The notes under the pieces: model-generated
What the model was told of the DNA's origin: nothing
What the model saw: the letters and a program-made list of their open reading frames with translations, nothing else
Database searches by the model: none
Part shown: positions 7,301 through 15,583 of the stretch, in pieces
Numbering within the stretch: position 1 is the first letter of the stretch
Layout of the letters: each line of letters opens with the position of its first letter
Made by a program: the position numbers and the translations under genes
Assembly: GCA_937864465.1 (NCBI GenBank)
Contig: CALMJU010000082.1
Span: forward strand, 41,155 to 105,154
Direction of reading: 5' to 3'
Length of the DNA stretch: 64,000 nucleotides
DNA from: an uncultured Acidobacteriota bacterium
Lineage (GTDB): Bacteria > Acidobacteriota > Polarisedimenticolia > Polarisedimenticolales > JAIQFR01

Positions 7301-9742
7301 ATGATGAGGAAGCGGACGGCGGCGAAGGCGGCGGTGCTGGTCCTCGCCTGCGCGGCTCTGATCGGCTGCGCGGCGCAGAGCGCCTATCGGAAGGGCGAAT
7401 CGGCGTCGGGGCGGGAGGACTGGGACCAGGCCGTGATCGGCTACAGCAAGGCGCTCGCGCTCGACCCCGGAAACACGCGGTACGGGGTGGCTCTGGAGCG
7501 GGCCAAGCTGAAGGCCTCGGCGCTGCACTTCGAGAAGGGGAAGCGCTTCGCCTCGGCGAAGCAGTGGGAACTGGCCGCCGCCGAGTACCAGCAGACGCTT
7601 CTGCTGAACGCGGGGAACCAGTACGCCGCGAGCGAGCTCCAGCGAGCGCTGGCGGAGGTGCAGAAGCGCCAGCAGAGCCCCTCCGAGATCGAGCGGCTCA
7701 AGGCCAAGGCGAAACGGGAATCGCTGGAGCCTCCGAAGCTGTCCCCGAAGTCCAACATCCCGATCCTCCTGCAGTTCCGCGACCAGCCGATCGGGAAGAT
7801 CTTCGAGGCGATCGGGAAGGCGTCGGGGATCAACTTCATCTTCGACGACAAGACCGACCTCGCGAAGCCGATGACCGTCGACATCGGGAACGTGACGCTG
7901 GACAAGGCCCTCGACATCCTGATGCTCCAGACCAAGAACTTCTACAAGGTCATCGACGAGTCGACGCTCCTCGTGGCTCCCGACAACCGCCAGAAGCGGC
8001 AGGAGCTCGAGGACCAGGTCATCCGCACGTTCTATCTCTCGAACGGCGACGTGAAGCAGGTGCAGACGCTCCTCCGGACGCTCCTCAACACGCGGCAGAT
8101 CGCGGAGAACACGCCGCTCAACTCGGTGACGATCAAGGACACGCCCGACAAGGTCGCGATCGCGGAGAAGATCATCGAGGCGAACGACAAGGCGAAGGGC
8201 GAGATCGTGATCGACGTGGAGCTCCTGGAGATCAACCGCAACGTGGCGCGCAACTTGGGCATCGATCTCAGCTCGAAGGCGCTGAGCGTCGTCTACAGGG
8301 ACGGCGAGCAGAGCGTTCCCCTGAACAACTTGAGCGCGCTCCGGCAGCAGGGGAACTGGCTCCTCGGCCCGATCCCGAGCGTCGTGATGAACTTTCTCAA
8401 GAGCGACTCGGACAGCCGCACGATCGCCAAGCCGCAGCTGCGGGTGACGGAGGGGGAGAAGGCCGAGATCCTCATCGGCGAGCGGGTCCCGATCCCGACG
8501 ACGTCGTTCAACACGTCGACGACCGTGGGCAGCAACATCGTGCCGATCACTTCGTACACCTATCAGAACGTCGGGATCACGCTTCAGATCGAGCCGCGCG
8601 TCCATCACAACAAGGAAGTGACCCTCAAGATGGAGGTCGAGGTGTCGAGCATCACGGGAAGCGTGATCTCGACGGCGGGCCAGTCGCAGCCGATCATCGG
8701 CACGCGGCAGATCAAGTCGGTGATCCGGCTGAAGGACGGGGAGACCAATCTCCTCGCGGGACTCATCAAGCGCGAGGACACCGACTCGAGGTCCGGGGTC
8801 GTCGGGATCTCGGATATCCCGGGGATCGGACGGCTCTTCGGGAGCAACGAGCAGAGCAGGAAGGAGACGGACATCGTCCTGGCGCTGACCCCGTACATCA
8901 TCCGGATCCCGGACATCGGCGAGGAGGACCTGGCCGGCCTGTGGGTGGGCACCGAGGACAACATGCGTCTCAGGCTCCCGGCGAGGAACCCGTTCAACGA
9001 GTCGCCGTTCGGGAGCGGAGAGGAGCCCGAGCCTTCCGGGGCCGCTCCCGCAGGCGGCGAGAGCTCCTCGGGCGAGGCCGGGGGCTCGGCGGCCGCGGGG
9101 GCCGTCGCAGGCGGCGTCCTCGAGTCGTCCGACCGGGGGACCGGCGGCGGGGGGATCTCGAAGCGGGTCTCGAGCCCTGCCGACTCGGCGGAAGCGGCGG
9201 AGGCGCCCCCCGAGGAAGAGACGCCGCTGCCCGACGCCGGGGAGCCGGCGGCGGAGTCCCAGGAGGCGGCACCGCCCCCGGCTCCGGAGGGGGCGGACGA
9301 GGAGCGGGAGGAGCCGCTCACGCCCGCGATCGTCCGTCTCGTTCCGTCGGCGTCGTCGTACCGGGTGGGAGACCGGATCCTCGTGGACGTGCGGATCGAG
9401 AACGCGCAGGGGGTCGGCTCCGTCCCGTTCCACCTGACGTACAACCGGCAGGCGCTCGAGTGGATCCCGCCGGCGGCGCAGGGAACGTTCCTCGGCAGCG
9501 ACGGCATCGGGACGGTATTCCTGGCCAGCGACGCGTCCGGAGGCGGAGAGATCGTGGTCGGCCTGTCGCGGATGGGAGGGGGCGAGGGGGTCTCGGGCGC
9601 GGGATCGCTCGCGGCTTTCCAGTTCCAGGCGGTCGCGCCGGGCGACTGCGGCTTCGCGTTCACCGCGGCGAGCGTCAAGGACTCGCAGGCCCGGAACCTC
9701 CCGTCGACGTTCGTGACGGCGGCCGTGCCGGTCCAGCCCTGA
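7301..9742 (+). CDS. Secretin (GspD/PilQ family) with N-terminal TPR lipoprotein module and C-terminal cohesin-like module
   Basis: 813 aa. The lipobox is LACAALIGC. TPR-like repeats cover aa ~25-125, followed by secretin N-domains. The secretin core includes IAKPQLRVTEGEKAEILIGERVPIP...DIPGIGRLFGS...IVLALTPYIIR. An acidic Gly/Ser/Pro linker follows. The C-terminal ~140 aa (YRVGDRILVDVRIENAQGVGSVPFHLTYNRQALEW...) looks cohesin-like. Confidence 0.92.
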   Translation: MMRKRTAAKAAVLVLACAALIGCAAQSAYRKGESASGREDWDQAVIGYSKALALDPGNTRYGVALERAKLKASALHFEKGKRFASAKQWELAAAEYQQTLLLNAGNQYAASELQRALAEVQKRQQSPSEIERLKAKAKRESLEPPKLSPKSNIPILLQFRDQPIGKIFEAIGKASGINFIFDDKTDLAKPMTVDIGNVTLDKALDILMLQTKNFYKVIDESTLLVAPDNRQKRQELEDQVIRTFYLSNGDVKQVQTLLRTLLNTRQIAENTPLNSVTIKDTPDKVAIAEKIIEANDKAKGEIVIDVELLEINRNVARNLGIDLSSKALSVVYRDGEQSVPLNNLSALRQQGNWLLGPIPSVVMNFLKSDSDSRTIAKPQLRVTEGEKAEILIGERVPIPTTSFNTSTTVGSNIVPITSYTYQNVGITLQIEPRVHHNKEVTLKMEVEVSSITGSVISTAGQSQPIIGTRQIKSVIRLKDGETNLLAGLIKREDTDSRSGVVGISDIPGIGRLFGSNEQSRKETDIVLALTPYIIRIPDIGEEDLAGLWVGTEDNMRLRLPARNPFNESPFGSGEEPEPSGAAPAGGESSSGEAGGSAAAGAVAGGVLESSDRGTGGGGISKRVSSPADSAEAAEAPPEEETPLPDAGEPAAESQEAAPPPAPEGADEEREEPLTPAIVRLVPSASSYRVGDRILVDVRIENAQGVGSVPFHLTYNRQALEWIPPAAQGTFLGSDGIGTVFLASDASGGGEIVVGLSRMGGGEGVSGAGSLAAFQFQAVAPGDCGFAFTAASVKDSQARNLPSTFVTAAVPVQP

Positions 9743-9752
9743 GGAGGTTCGG

Positions 9753-10244
9753 ATGCTCCGGATCGGCGGGCGGGGAGGAGGACGGCGGGGCGTGACGCTC
9801 GTCGAGCTGGTGTGCGTCACCGCGATCGTGCTCGTCCTGGCCGGGATCGCCGTGCCCGTGGCCTCGACGGCCGTGAAGCGGCACAAGGAGCTCGAGCTCC
9901 GGCGCGCGCTCCGCGAGATCCGGGAGGCGATCGACCGTTTCCAGGCGGACGTCCAGCGGTTCCCGGGCATGCGCCAGACCGACATGAACGCGACGAACGA
10001 GGACGGCTACCCGGAGGAGCTGGAGTGGCTCTACCAGGGCTACGACATCGGCGACCAGAAGGGGACGAAGATCAAGTACCTGCGGAGGCTCCCGAGGGAC
10101 CCGATCACCGGAGCGCAGGACTGGGCGACCCGCTCCAGCCGGGACCGTCCCGACTCGACGTTCACGGACGGCATCAACATCTTCGACGTGCGGTCGACGA
10201 GCGAAGCGATCGCCCTCGACGGCACGCGGTACAGGGATTGGTGA
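9753..10244 (+). CDS. GspG-like pseudopilin (paralog 1)
   Basis: 163 aa. It has a prepilin-type leader and hydrophobic N-terminus (GRRG/VTLVELVCVTAIVLVLAGIAVP, Glu at +5). The GspG-like body includes ALREIREAIDRFQAD and PRDPITG. The RBS GAGGAGG lies upstream. Confidence 0.8.
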   Translation: MLRIGGRGGGRRGVTLVELVCVTAIVLVLAGIAVPVASTAVKRHKELELRRALREIREAIDRFQADVQRFPGMRQTDMNATNEDGYPEELEWLYQGYDIGDQKGTKIKYLRRLPRDPITGAQDWATRSSRDRPDSTFTDGINIFDVRSTSEAIALDGTRYRDW

Positions 10245-10257
10245 GGAGGGGCGACCG

Positions 10258-10680
10258 GTGAGGCTCGAGGGGGGAAGGATCCGGCGGAAGCCGGGCGGGG
10301 GGCTCGGGTTCACGCTCATCGAGCTGCTCGTCGTCGTGGCGATCATCGGGATCGTCGTCACGGTGGCGGCGGGCCAGTACATGCGGTCGATCCAGAAGGC
10401 GAAGGAGGCGGTGCTCCGGGAGGACCTGTACATCATGAGGACCGCGATCAACCAGTACTTCGCCGACAAGGGGAAGTACCCGTCGGACCTGCAGGCCCTC
10501 GTGGACGACAGCTACCTGAAGGCGGTCCCGACGGACCCGATCACGCAGAGCAGCAGCTCCTGGATCACGGAGCCCGCCTCGATGGACGATCGCGACATCT
10601 CCACGGAGCCCGGGATCGCCGACGTTCGAAGCGGCGCGACGGGTGAGGGATTGGACGGCACGAGCTATTCGGAATGGTGA
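10258..10680 (+). CDS. gspG: Major pseudopilin GspG
   Basis: 140 aa with a GTG start. The class III signal peptide is GGLG/FTLIELLVVVAIIGIV. The canonical GspG body is EDLYIMRTAINQYFADKGKYPSDLQALV...VPTDP. Confidence 0.88.
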   Translation: MRLEGGRIRRKPGGGLGFTLIELLVVVAIIGIVVTVAAGQYMRSIQKAKEAVLREDLYIMRTAINQYFADKGKYPSDLQALVDDSYLKAVPTDPITQSSSSWITEPASMDDRDISTEPGIADVRSGATGEGLDGTSYSEW

Positions 10681-10726
10681 GGCGGCGCCGCCGCGCGCCG
10701 CGCGCTCAGGGTCGAGGAGAAACGTC

Positions 10727-12145
10727 ATGAACAGCAGCTTCCGTCGTGCCGCCGCCGCGATCGCGGTCGCGGCGATCGCGCTCGTGTCGGGCTCTTGCGA
10801 GGACAACGACGTGTTGGCCCCCACCGGAACGACCATCGTCCTGTCCGCGAACCCGCCGCAGGCGGTGTTCGACGGCGAGGATCCGACGCCCGTCGAGGTG
10901 ACCCTGACGGCGCTGCTGCTGAGCGAGGACGGGTTCCCGCAAACCGGGATCGCGGTCGCCTTCTCGACGAGCGCCGGCACGCTGGCCTCCGGCGGGGCCA
11001 CGCTGGTCACGGACTCGACCAGCAAGGTGCAGGACGTTCTCACGGTCGAGGCCGACGCGCCGAGCTCGATCGAGGTGACGGCCCGGTCCGGATCGATCAC
11101 CGAGACGATCACGGTGACGAAGGTCGTCGGGGGAGTGGCGCCGACGGACGGGACGATCCAGGTGAGCGCGAATCCGGCGACGATCGTGATCGACCCGAAC
11201 GCGGGGGAGACGAGCGGCTCGGCGCAGATCGCGGCGGTCGTCTTCGACAGCCTCGGCGCGCCGCTGGCGGACATCGCGGTCCGCTTCCAGACGACCGCGG
11301 GGACGCTCGGCACGACGTCGCCGGTCCTCACGGACGCGGAGGGGATTGCGACGACCCTCCTGACGCTGAGGACCGAGGAGCCCGCCGAGGCGACGGTGAC
11401 CGCGACCTCCGGGGCCCTGTACTCGATCGTCGAGGTGACGAAGAGCGTGGTCGCGATGAACGAGGCCCCGGAGGCCTCGATCTCCGCGACCCCGCAGGAC
11501 GTCGTGCAGGCGGGGAGCCAGGTGATCTTCGACGGGAGCGGATCGGAGGACGCGGACGGCAGGATCGTCCGCTACACGTGGACGGTGACCTCCGACAGCG
11601 CGTGCTGCGGGTCCTCGCCCCCCGACAGCTGCGTCGATCCGTGCGCCGACGAGGTCGTGGTGAACACGTCGGCGCTCCCGCTCACCCGCATCTACCGCGA
11701 CGCTCCGCAGAACCTCTCGGTGACGCTCGAGGTCGAGGACGACGACGGGGCGACGGGAGTCCGGGTCCTCCCCTACCGGGTGGAGTGCTACAACCCGGCT
11801 CCCGTGGCCGACGCGGGCCCGAACCAGTCGCAGAACGCGGCGGCGCCGGGCGAGCCGGTGGAGATCGTCCTGAACGGGTCCTACACGACCGACAACCTGC
11901 CGATCGACGTGGACGAGACGCACTACCGTTGGAGCTGCGGCAACGGGACCGTGCCGGTCCCGCTCGTCGCGGGGGATTACCGTCGGGTGATCTGCAGCTA
12001 CACGCCTCTCGACGGGGCGTCCAACCAGTGGACCGCCACGCTGACGGTCTACGACAACGGCTCGACGGGGGCGCTGGTGGATGGCGTCTACCTCTGCCAG
12101 AAGTCGTCCTCGGACACCGCGGTGGTCACGCTGAACCTCCCGTGA
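10727..12145 (+). CDS. Lipoprotein with tandem bacterial Ig-like (Big_1-type) repeats and a PKD-like domain
   Basis: ATG 10727 is in frame with track ORF 10643..12145. The lipobox is LVSGSC. Three repeats follow the pattern ...A..SA/TTAGTL..... The PKD signature is FDGSGSEDADGRIVRYTWTV. Confidence 0.75.
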   Translation: MNSSFRRAAAAIAVAAIALVSGSCEDNDVLAPTGTTIVLSANPPQAVFDGEDPTPVEVTLTALLLSEDGFPQTGIAVAFSTSAGTLASGGATLVTDSTSKVQDVLTVEADAPSSIEVTARSGSITETITVTKVVGGVAPTDGTIQVSANPATIVIDPNAGETSGSAQIAAVVFDSLGAPLADIAVRFQTTAGTLGTTSPVLTDAEGIATTLLTLRTEEPAEATVTATSGALYSIVEVTKSVVAMNEAPEASISATPQDVVQAGSQVIFDGSGSEDADGRIVRYTWTVTSDSACCGSSPPDSCVDPCADEVVVNTSALPLTRIYRDAPQNLSVTLEVEDDDGATGVRVLPYRVECYNPAPVADAGPNQSQNAAAPGEPVEIVLNGSYTTDNLPIDVDETHYRWSCGNGTVPVPLVAGDYRRVICSYTPLDGASNQWTATLTVYDNGSTGALVDGVYLCQKSSSDTAVVTLNLP

Positions 12146-12175
12146 CGGGGGAAGAGGCGAGCGGGAGCCCGGCGC

Positions 12176-12916
12176 ATGCGGCGCGGAGACGATCGCGGAC
12201 ACCTGATGGTCGGACTGATGGTCGCGGTGGCCATCCTGGTGATCCTGTCCACCGTCGCGCTCCAGGCGTGGGAGGACATGAACCGCCGGGAGCTGGAAGC
12301 CGAGATGATCTTCCGCGCGCAGGACATCTGCCGGGCCCTCCGGCGCTACCGGCAGGACCACGGAGGGCAGCTTCCCCTGGAGTGGAAGCAGCTCGGCGAG
12401 CCGGGTACGAAGGGGCAGTACTACATCCGGAAGCTCTGGACCGACCCGCTCGTCAAGGACGGGAAGTGGGGGTTCCTCTACGCGACTCCGGGAGGCGGCG
12501 TCCTGGACCCGAATGCGCCGGTCGAGACGAGCCTGGTTCCGGGCGAGGAGCCGAAGAGCGAGCCGAAGTCGGCCTTCGGACCGTCCAAGCTGAACCCGGG
12601 CGAGGGGGGCGGCGCCGCGCAGGGCGAGGGAGGGCTTCCGATCGCGGGGGTCAAGTCGCTCTGCGCCAAGAAGCCCTTCCGCGTCCTGAACGACGAGTCC
12701 GATTACGCGAAGTGGCAGTTCACGGTCTTCGACCTGGACACCCCGGGCGGGGGCTTCCAGATCGGCGGGGGCAAGGGGCCGGGAAGCCGGGTCGGGCAAA
12801 CCGGGCCGGTCAGCCCGACCGGGCCCGCCGGCCTGACGCCGACCGGCCGGTCCGGCCAGGCCGGCCAGGGGTTCCCGGCGCGCCCGGGACAGAGGCGCAG
12901 CGGCGGCGGGCTCTGA
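12176..12916 (+). CDS. Atypical pseudopilin-like protein with Gly/Pro-rich C-terminal tail
   Basis: 246 aa. The N-terminal hydrophobic helix follows a Gly (RG/HLMVGLMVAVAILVILS) but has no Glu at +5. A GspG-like stretch (FRAQDICRALRRYRQDHGGQLP) follows. The last ~60 aa are G/P/Q-rich and low complexity. Confidence 0.55.
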   Translation: MRRGDDRGHLMVGLMVAVAILVILSTVALQAWEDMNRRELEAEMIFRAQDICRALRRYRQDHGGQLPLEWKQLGEPGTKGQYYIRKLWTDPLVKDGKWGFLYATPGGGVLDPNAPVETSLVPGEEPKSEPKSAFGPSKLNPGEGGGAAQGEGGLPIAGVKSLCAKKPFRVLNDESDYAKWQFTVFDLDTPGGGFQIGGGKGPGSRVGQTGPVSPTGPAGLTPTGRSGQAGQGFPARPGQRRSGGGL

Positions 12917-12946
12917 GCCCGGGGCGCGCACGCCGTCCGGCCGCGA

Positions 12947-12975
12947 TTGGCGGTCCCCTCCCGCCGCGCTATACT
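12947..12975 (+). promoter_or_regulatory. Sigma-70-type promoter candidate (TTGGCG-17-TATACT) for the M16 peptidase operon
   Basis: -35 TTGGCG at 12947-12952, a 17-nt spacer, and -10 TATACT at 12970-12975. It lies 66 nt upstream of ATG 13041. Confidence 0.45.
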
Positions 12976-13040
12976 CCGGCGCCCCGAGGGCGCGCGCGCA
13001 TCCGGCGGCGCGCCGGGCGGCTCCTACACCGGCGGCGGGG

Positions 13041-14303
13041 ATGATTCGCAAACAGACGCTCGAGAACGGGCTGACCCTGATCACCGAGTCGATGCCCCAG
13101 GTCCGCTCGGTGGCGATCGGGGTGTGGCTCAAGCGGGGGAGCCGCCACGAGCCCGCCCACCTGAACGGAGCTTCCCACTTCATCGAGCATCTGGTCTTCA
13201 AGGGGACGGAAACGCGCTCGGCCCGCGAGATCGCCCTGGCGATGGACACGGTCGGGGGGCAGATGGACGCCTTCACGTCGAAGGAGTACACCTGCTTCTA
13301 CGCCAGGGTCCTCGACGAGCACCTCCCGACCGCCGTGGACCTCCTCTCGGACATCGTCCTCCGCCCGAAGTTCGACCCCGACGAGATGAGCCGCGAGAAG
13401 AAGGTGATCGAGGAGGAGATCCGGATGGTCGAGGACGCTCCGGAGGAGCTCGTCTACGACCTGTTTTCGAGCCGGTTCTACCCGGGGAATCCTCTCGGAC
13501 GTCCGATCCAGGGCACGCTGAAGACGGTCCGGTCGTTCACGAGGAGATCGCTCCGGGGGTTCTTCCGGGGGGCATACCTCCCGCAGAACCTCCTGATCGT
13601 CGCCGCGGGCCACTTGCGGCACGACCGCTTCGCCGCGACGATCCGCGCCGCGTTCGGCTCGCTTCCGCGGGGGCCGCGAAGGAAGGCCGGACCGTCGGAG
13701 CCGGTGCCGCGGCCGGGGGTCGCTCTCAGGCCGAAGCGGGAGCTGGAGCAGCTCCACGTGGTGCTGGGGCTCCCTGGGTTTCCCGAGAACTTCCGGGAGC
13801 GCTACGAGCTGTTCGTCCTCAACGCGCTCCTCGGCGGGACGATGTCGTCGAGGCTGTTCCAGAAGATCCGGGAGGAGCGCGGGCTCGTCTACAGCGTCTA
13901 CTCGGCCGTGAACGCGTTCCGGGACGCGGGCCTCTTCCTCGTGTACGCGGCGATGAGCCCGGCCAAGGGGAACGAGGTGATCGGCCTGATCCTCGAGGAG
14001 CTGCGCGGCCTCGGGGAGAAGGGGCCGGACGCCGCGGAGACCGCCGTCGCGAAGGAGCACCTCAAGGGGAGCCTGACGCTGTCGCTCGAGTCGACGGTCA
14101 GCCGGATGTCCAACCTGGCGCGGCAGGAGATCTACTACGGCCGGCAGTTCTCTCCGGCAGAGATGATGCGCGGCATCGAGGCCGTCACCCCCGAAAAGGT
14201 CCACCGCCTGGCGCGCCGGCTCTTCCGGACCGGTCGGGTCGGTCTTGCCGCGGTCGGCCGCACGAGCCACCTTCGGACTTCCGGCGGGGCGCTGTCGCTG
14301 TGA
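13041..14303 (+). CDS. M16 family (pitrilysin/insulinase-like) zinc peptidase
   Basis: 420 aa with the inverted zinc motif [11 protein letters not shown] (HxxEH) and typical M16 N- and C-domains. Confidence 0.92.
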   Translation: MIRKQTLENGLTLITESMPQVRSVAIGVWLKRGSRHEPAHLNGASHFIEHLVFKGTETRSAREIALAMDTVGGQMDAFTSKEYTCFYARVLDEHLPTAVDLLSDIVLRPKFDPDEMSREKKVIEEEIRMVEDAPEELVYDLFSSRFYPGNPLGRPIQGTLKTVRSFTRRSLRGFFRGAYLPQNLLIVAAGHLRHDRFAATIRAAFGSLPRGPRRKAGPSEPVPRPGVALRPKRELEQLHVVLGLPGFPENFRERYELFVLNALLGGTMSSRLFQKIREERGLVYSVYSAVNAFRDAGLFLVYAAMSPAKGNEVIGLILEELRGLGEKGPDAAETAVAKEHLKGSLTLSLESTVSRMSNLARQEIYYGRQFSPAEMMRGIEAVTPEKVHRLARRLFRTGRVGLAAVGRTSHLRTSGGALSL

Positions 14304-14761
14304 GCGCGAGGACGGAGGCGTCGGTCCGCGTGCTGCGGCTCCAAGGGGCGGAGGACCTGCCGCTGCCCGAGCCGGCGACGGCGCACGCCGCGGGCTTCGA
14401 CCTTCGCGCGAGGCTCGACGCGCCGCTGGAGCTGGCGCCGGGGGAGAGGGCGCTCGTGCCGACCGGGATCGCCGTCGCGGTGCCGGAAGGGTTCGAGGCG
14501 CAGATCCGGCCGCGGAGCGGTCTGGCGCTCCGCGAGGGCCTGACGCTCCTCAACACGCCCGGAACGATCGACGCGGACTACCGGGGCGAAGTCTCGGTGA
14601 TCGTCGTGAACCTCGGCGGCGGCCGCGTGACCCTCCGCCGGGGCGACCGCATCGCGCAGATGGTCGTACACGCGCTTCCTCGCGTCCGTCTCGAGGAGGC
14701 GGACGCGCTGCCGGAGACGGCCCGCGGGGCGGGCGGGTTCGGCCACACCGGAAGCCGCTAG
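14300..14761 (+). CDS. dut: dUTP diphosphatase
   Basis: GTG 14300 (GTGA overlap with the M16 stop) is in frame with track ORF 12947..14761. Motifs present are [34 protein letters not shown] and [10 protein letters not shown]. Confidence 0.92.
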   Translation: MSARTEASVRVLRLQGAEDLPLPEPATAHAAGFDLRARLDAPLELAPGERALVPTGIAVAVPEGFEAQIRPRSGLALREGLTLLNTPGTIDADYRGEVSVIVVNLGGGRVTLRRGDRIAQMVVHALPRVRLEEADALPETARGAGGFGHTGSR

Positions 14762-14764
14762 ACG

Positions 14765-15544
14765 ATGGCGGTCCGGGTCCTTTCCCTCGGAAGCAGCTCG
14801 AGCGGCAACGCGCTCCTGATCGAGTTCGGAAGCCGGCGCGTGCTCGTGGACGCGGGGCTCTCGTCGCGCGAGATCGCGCTGCGGCTCGAGGCGGCGAGAT
14901 GCCCGCCCCGCTCGATCCGGTGCGTTCTCCTGACGCACGAGCACAGGGACCACGCCCGGGGAGCGGAGCGCTTCTCGGTCCGGCACGGGGTCCCGGTCGC
15001 GTGCGTCGCGGAGACCCTCGAGGCGATGGACCTCTCGCGGGCGCACCTCGCCGCTTGGTGTCCGATCGATCCGGGGAGGGAGATGGATCTCGACGGAGTC
15101 CGCGTCCTTCCGTTCCCGGTGCCCCACGATGCCGCGAGCCCGATCGGGTTCGTGCTCGAGGGCGAGGGGGTCCGGGTGGGGGTCGCGCTCGACCTCGGGC
15201 ACGCGACGGCGCTGGTGGAGCAGCGCCTCCGGGGCTGCCACGTGCTCGTCGTCGAGTCGAACCACGACGGCCGCATGCTACGGGAGGGTCCCTACCCGTG
15301 GCACCTGAAGCAGAGGATCGCGTCGAGGCTCGGGCACCTGAGCAACGAGGAGGCGGCCTCGCTGCTGGCGCGCTCGGCGGACGGCTCCTGCCGGGCGGTC
15401 GTGCTGGCGCACCTGTCGGAGAGGAACAACACGCAGGCGCTCGCACGGGCGGCGGCCTCCGCCGCGCTGGCGCGGGCGGGCCTGCGGCGCTTCGAGATGC
15501 GGGTGGCGGAGAGGAGACGGCCCAGCGTGCCGGTCGTTCTCTGA
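14765..15544 (+). CDS. MBL-fold metallo-hydrolase
   Basis: 259 aa with the HxHxDH motif (LLTHEHRDHARG) and downstream His/Asp ligands. Confidence 0.85.
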   Translation: MAVRVLSLGSSSSGNALLIEFGSRRVLVDAGLSSREIALRLEAARCPPRSIRCVLLTHEHRDHARGAERFSVRHGVPVACVAETLEAMDLSRAHLAAWCPIDPGREMDLDGVRVLPFPVPHDAASPIGFVLEGEGVRVGVALDLGHATALVEQRLRGCHVLVVESNHDGRMLREGPYPWHLKQRIASRLGHLSNEEAASLLARSADGSCRAVVLAHLSERNNTQALARAAASAALARAGLRRFEMRVAERRRPSVPVVL

Positions 15545-15583
15545 GGGGATCGGGGGGCCGAGGCCTCCCCGTCGAGGTGGGCC

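Noticed and set aside
163-13291. Long ORFs antisense to or out of frame with the secretion-locus genes (for example 163..2094 -, 978..2732 +, 2444..4168 -, 3391..4227 +, 7238..9985 -, 7564..9795 +, 10706..13291 -, 10795..13044 +).
   Set aside because: Their translations are dominated by Arg/Pro/Gly/Asp/Glu/His runs with no motifs. They overlap genes that have clear family signatures. This is the classic stop-codon-poor shadow-ORF pattern of ~70% GC DNA.
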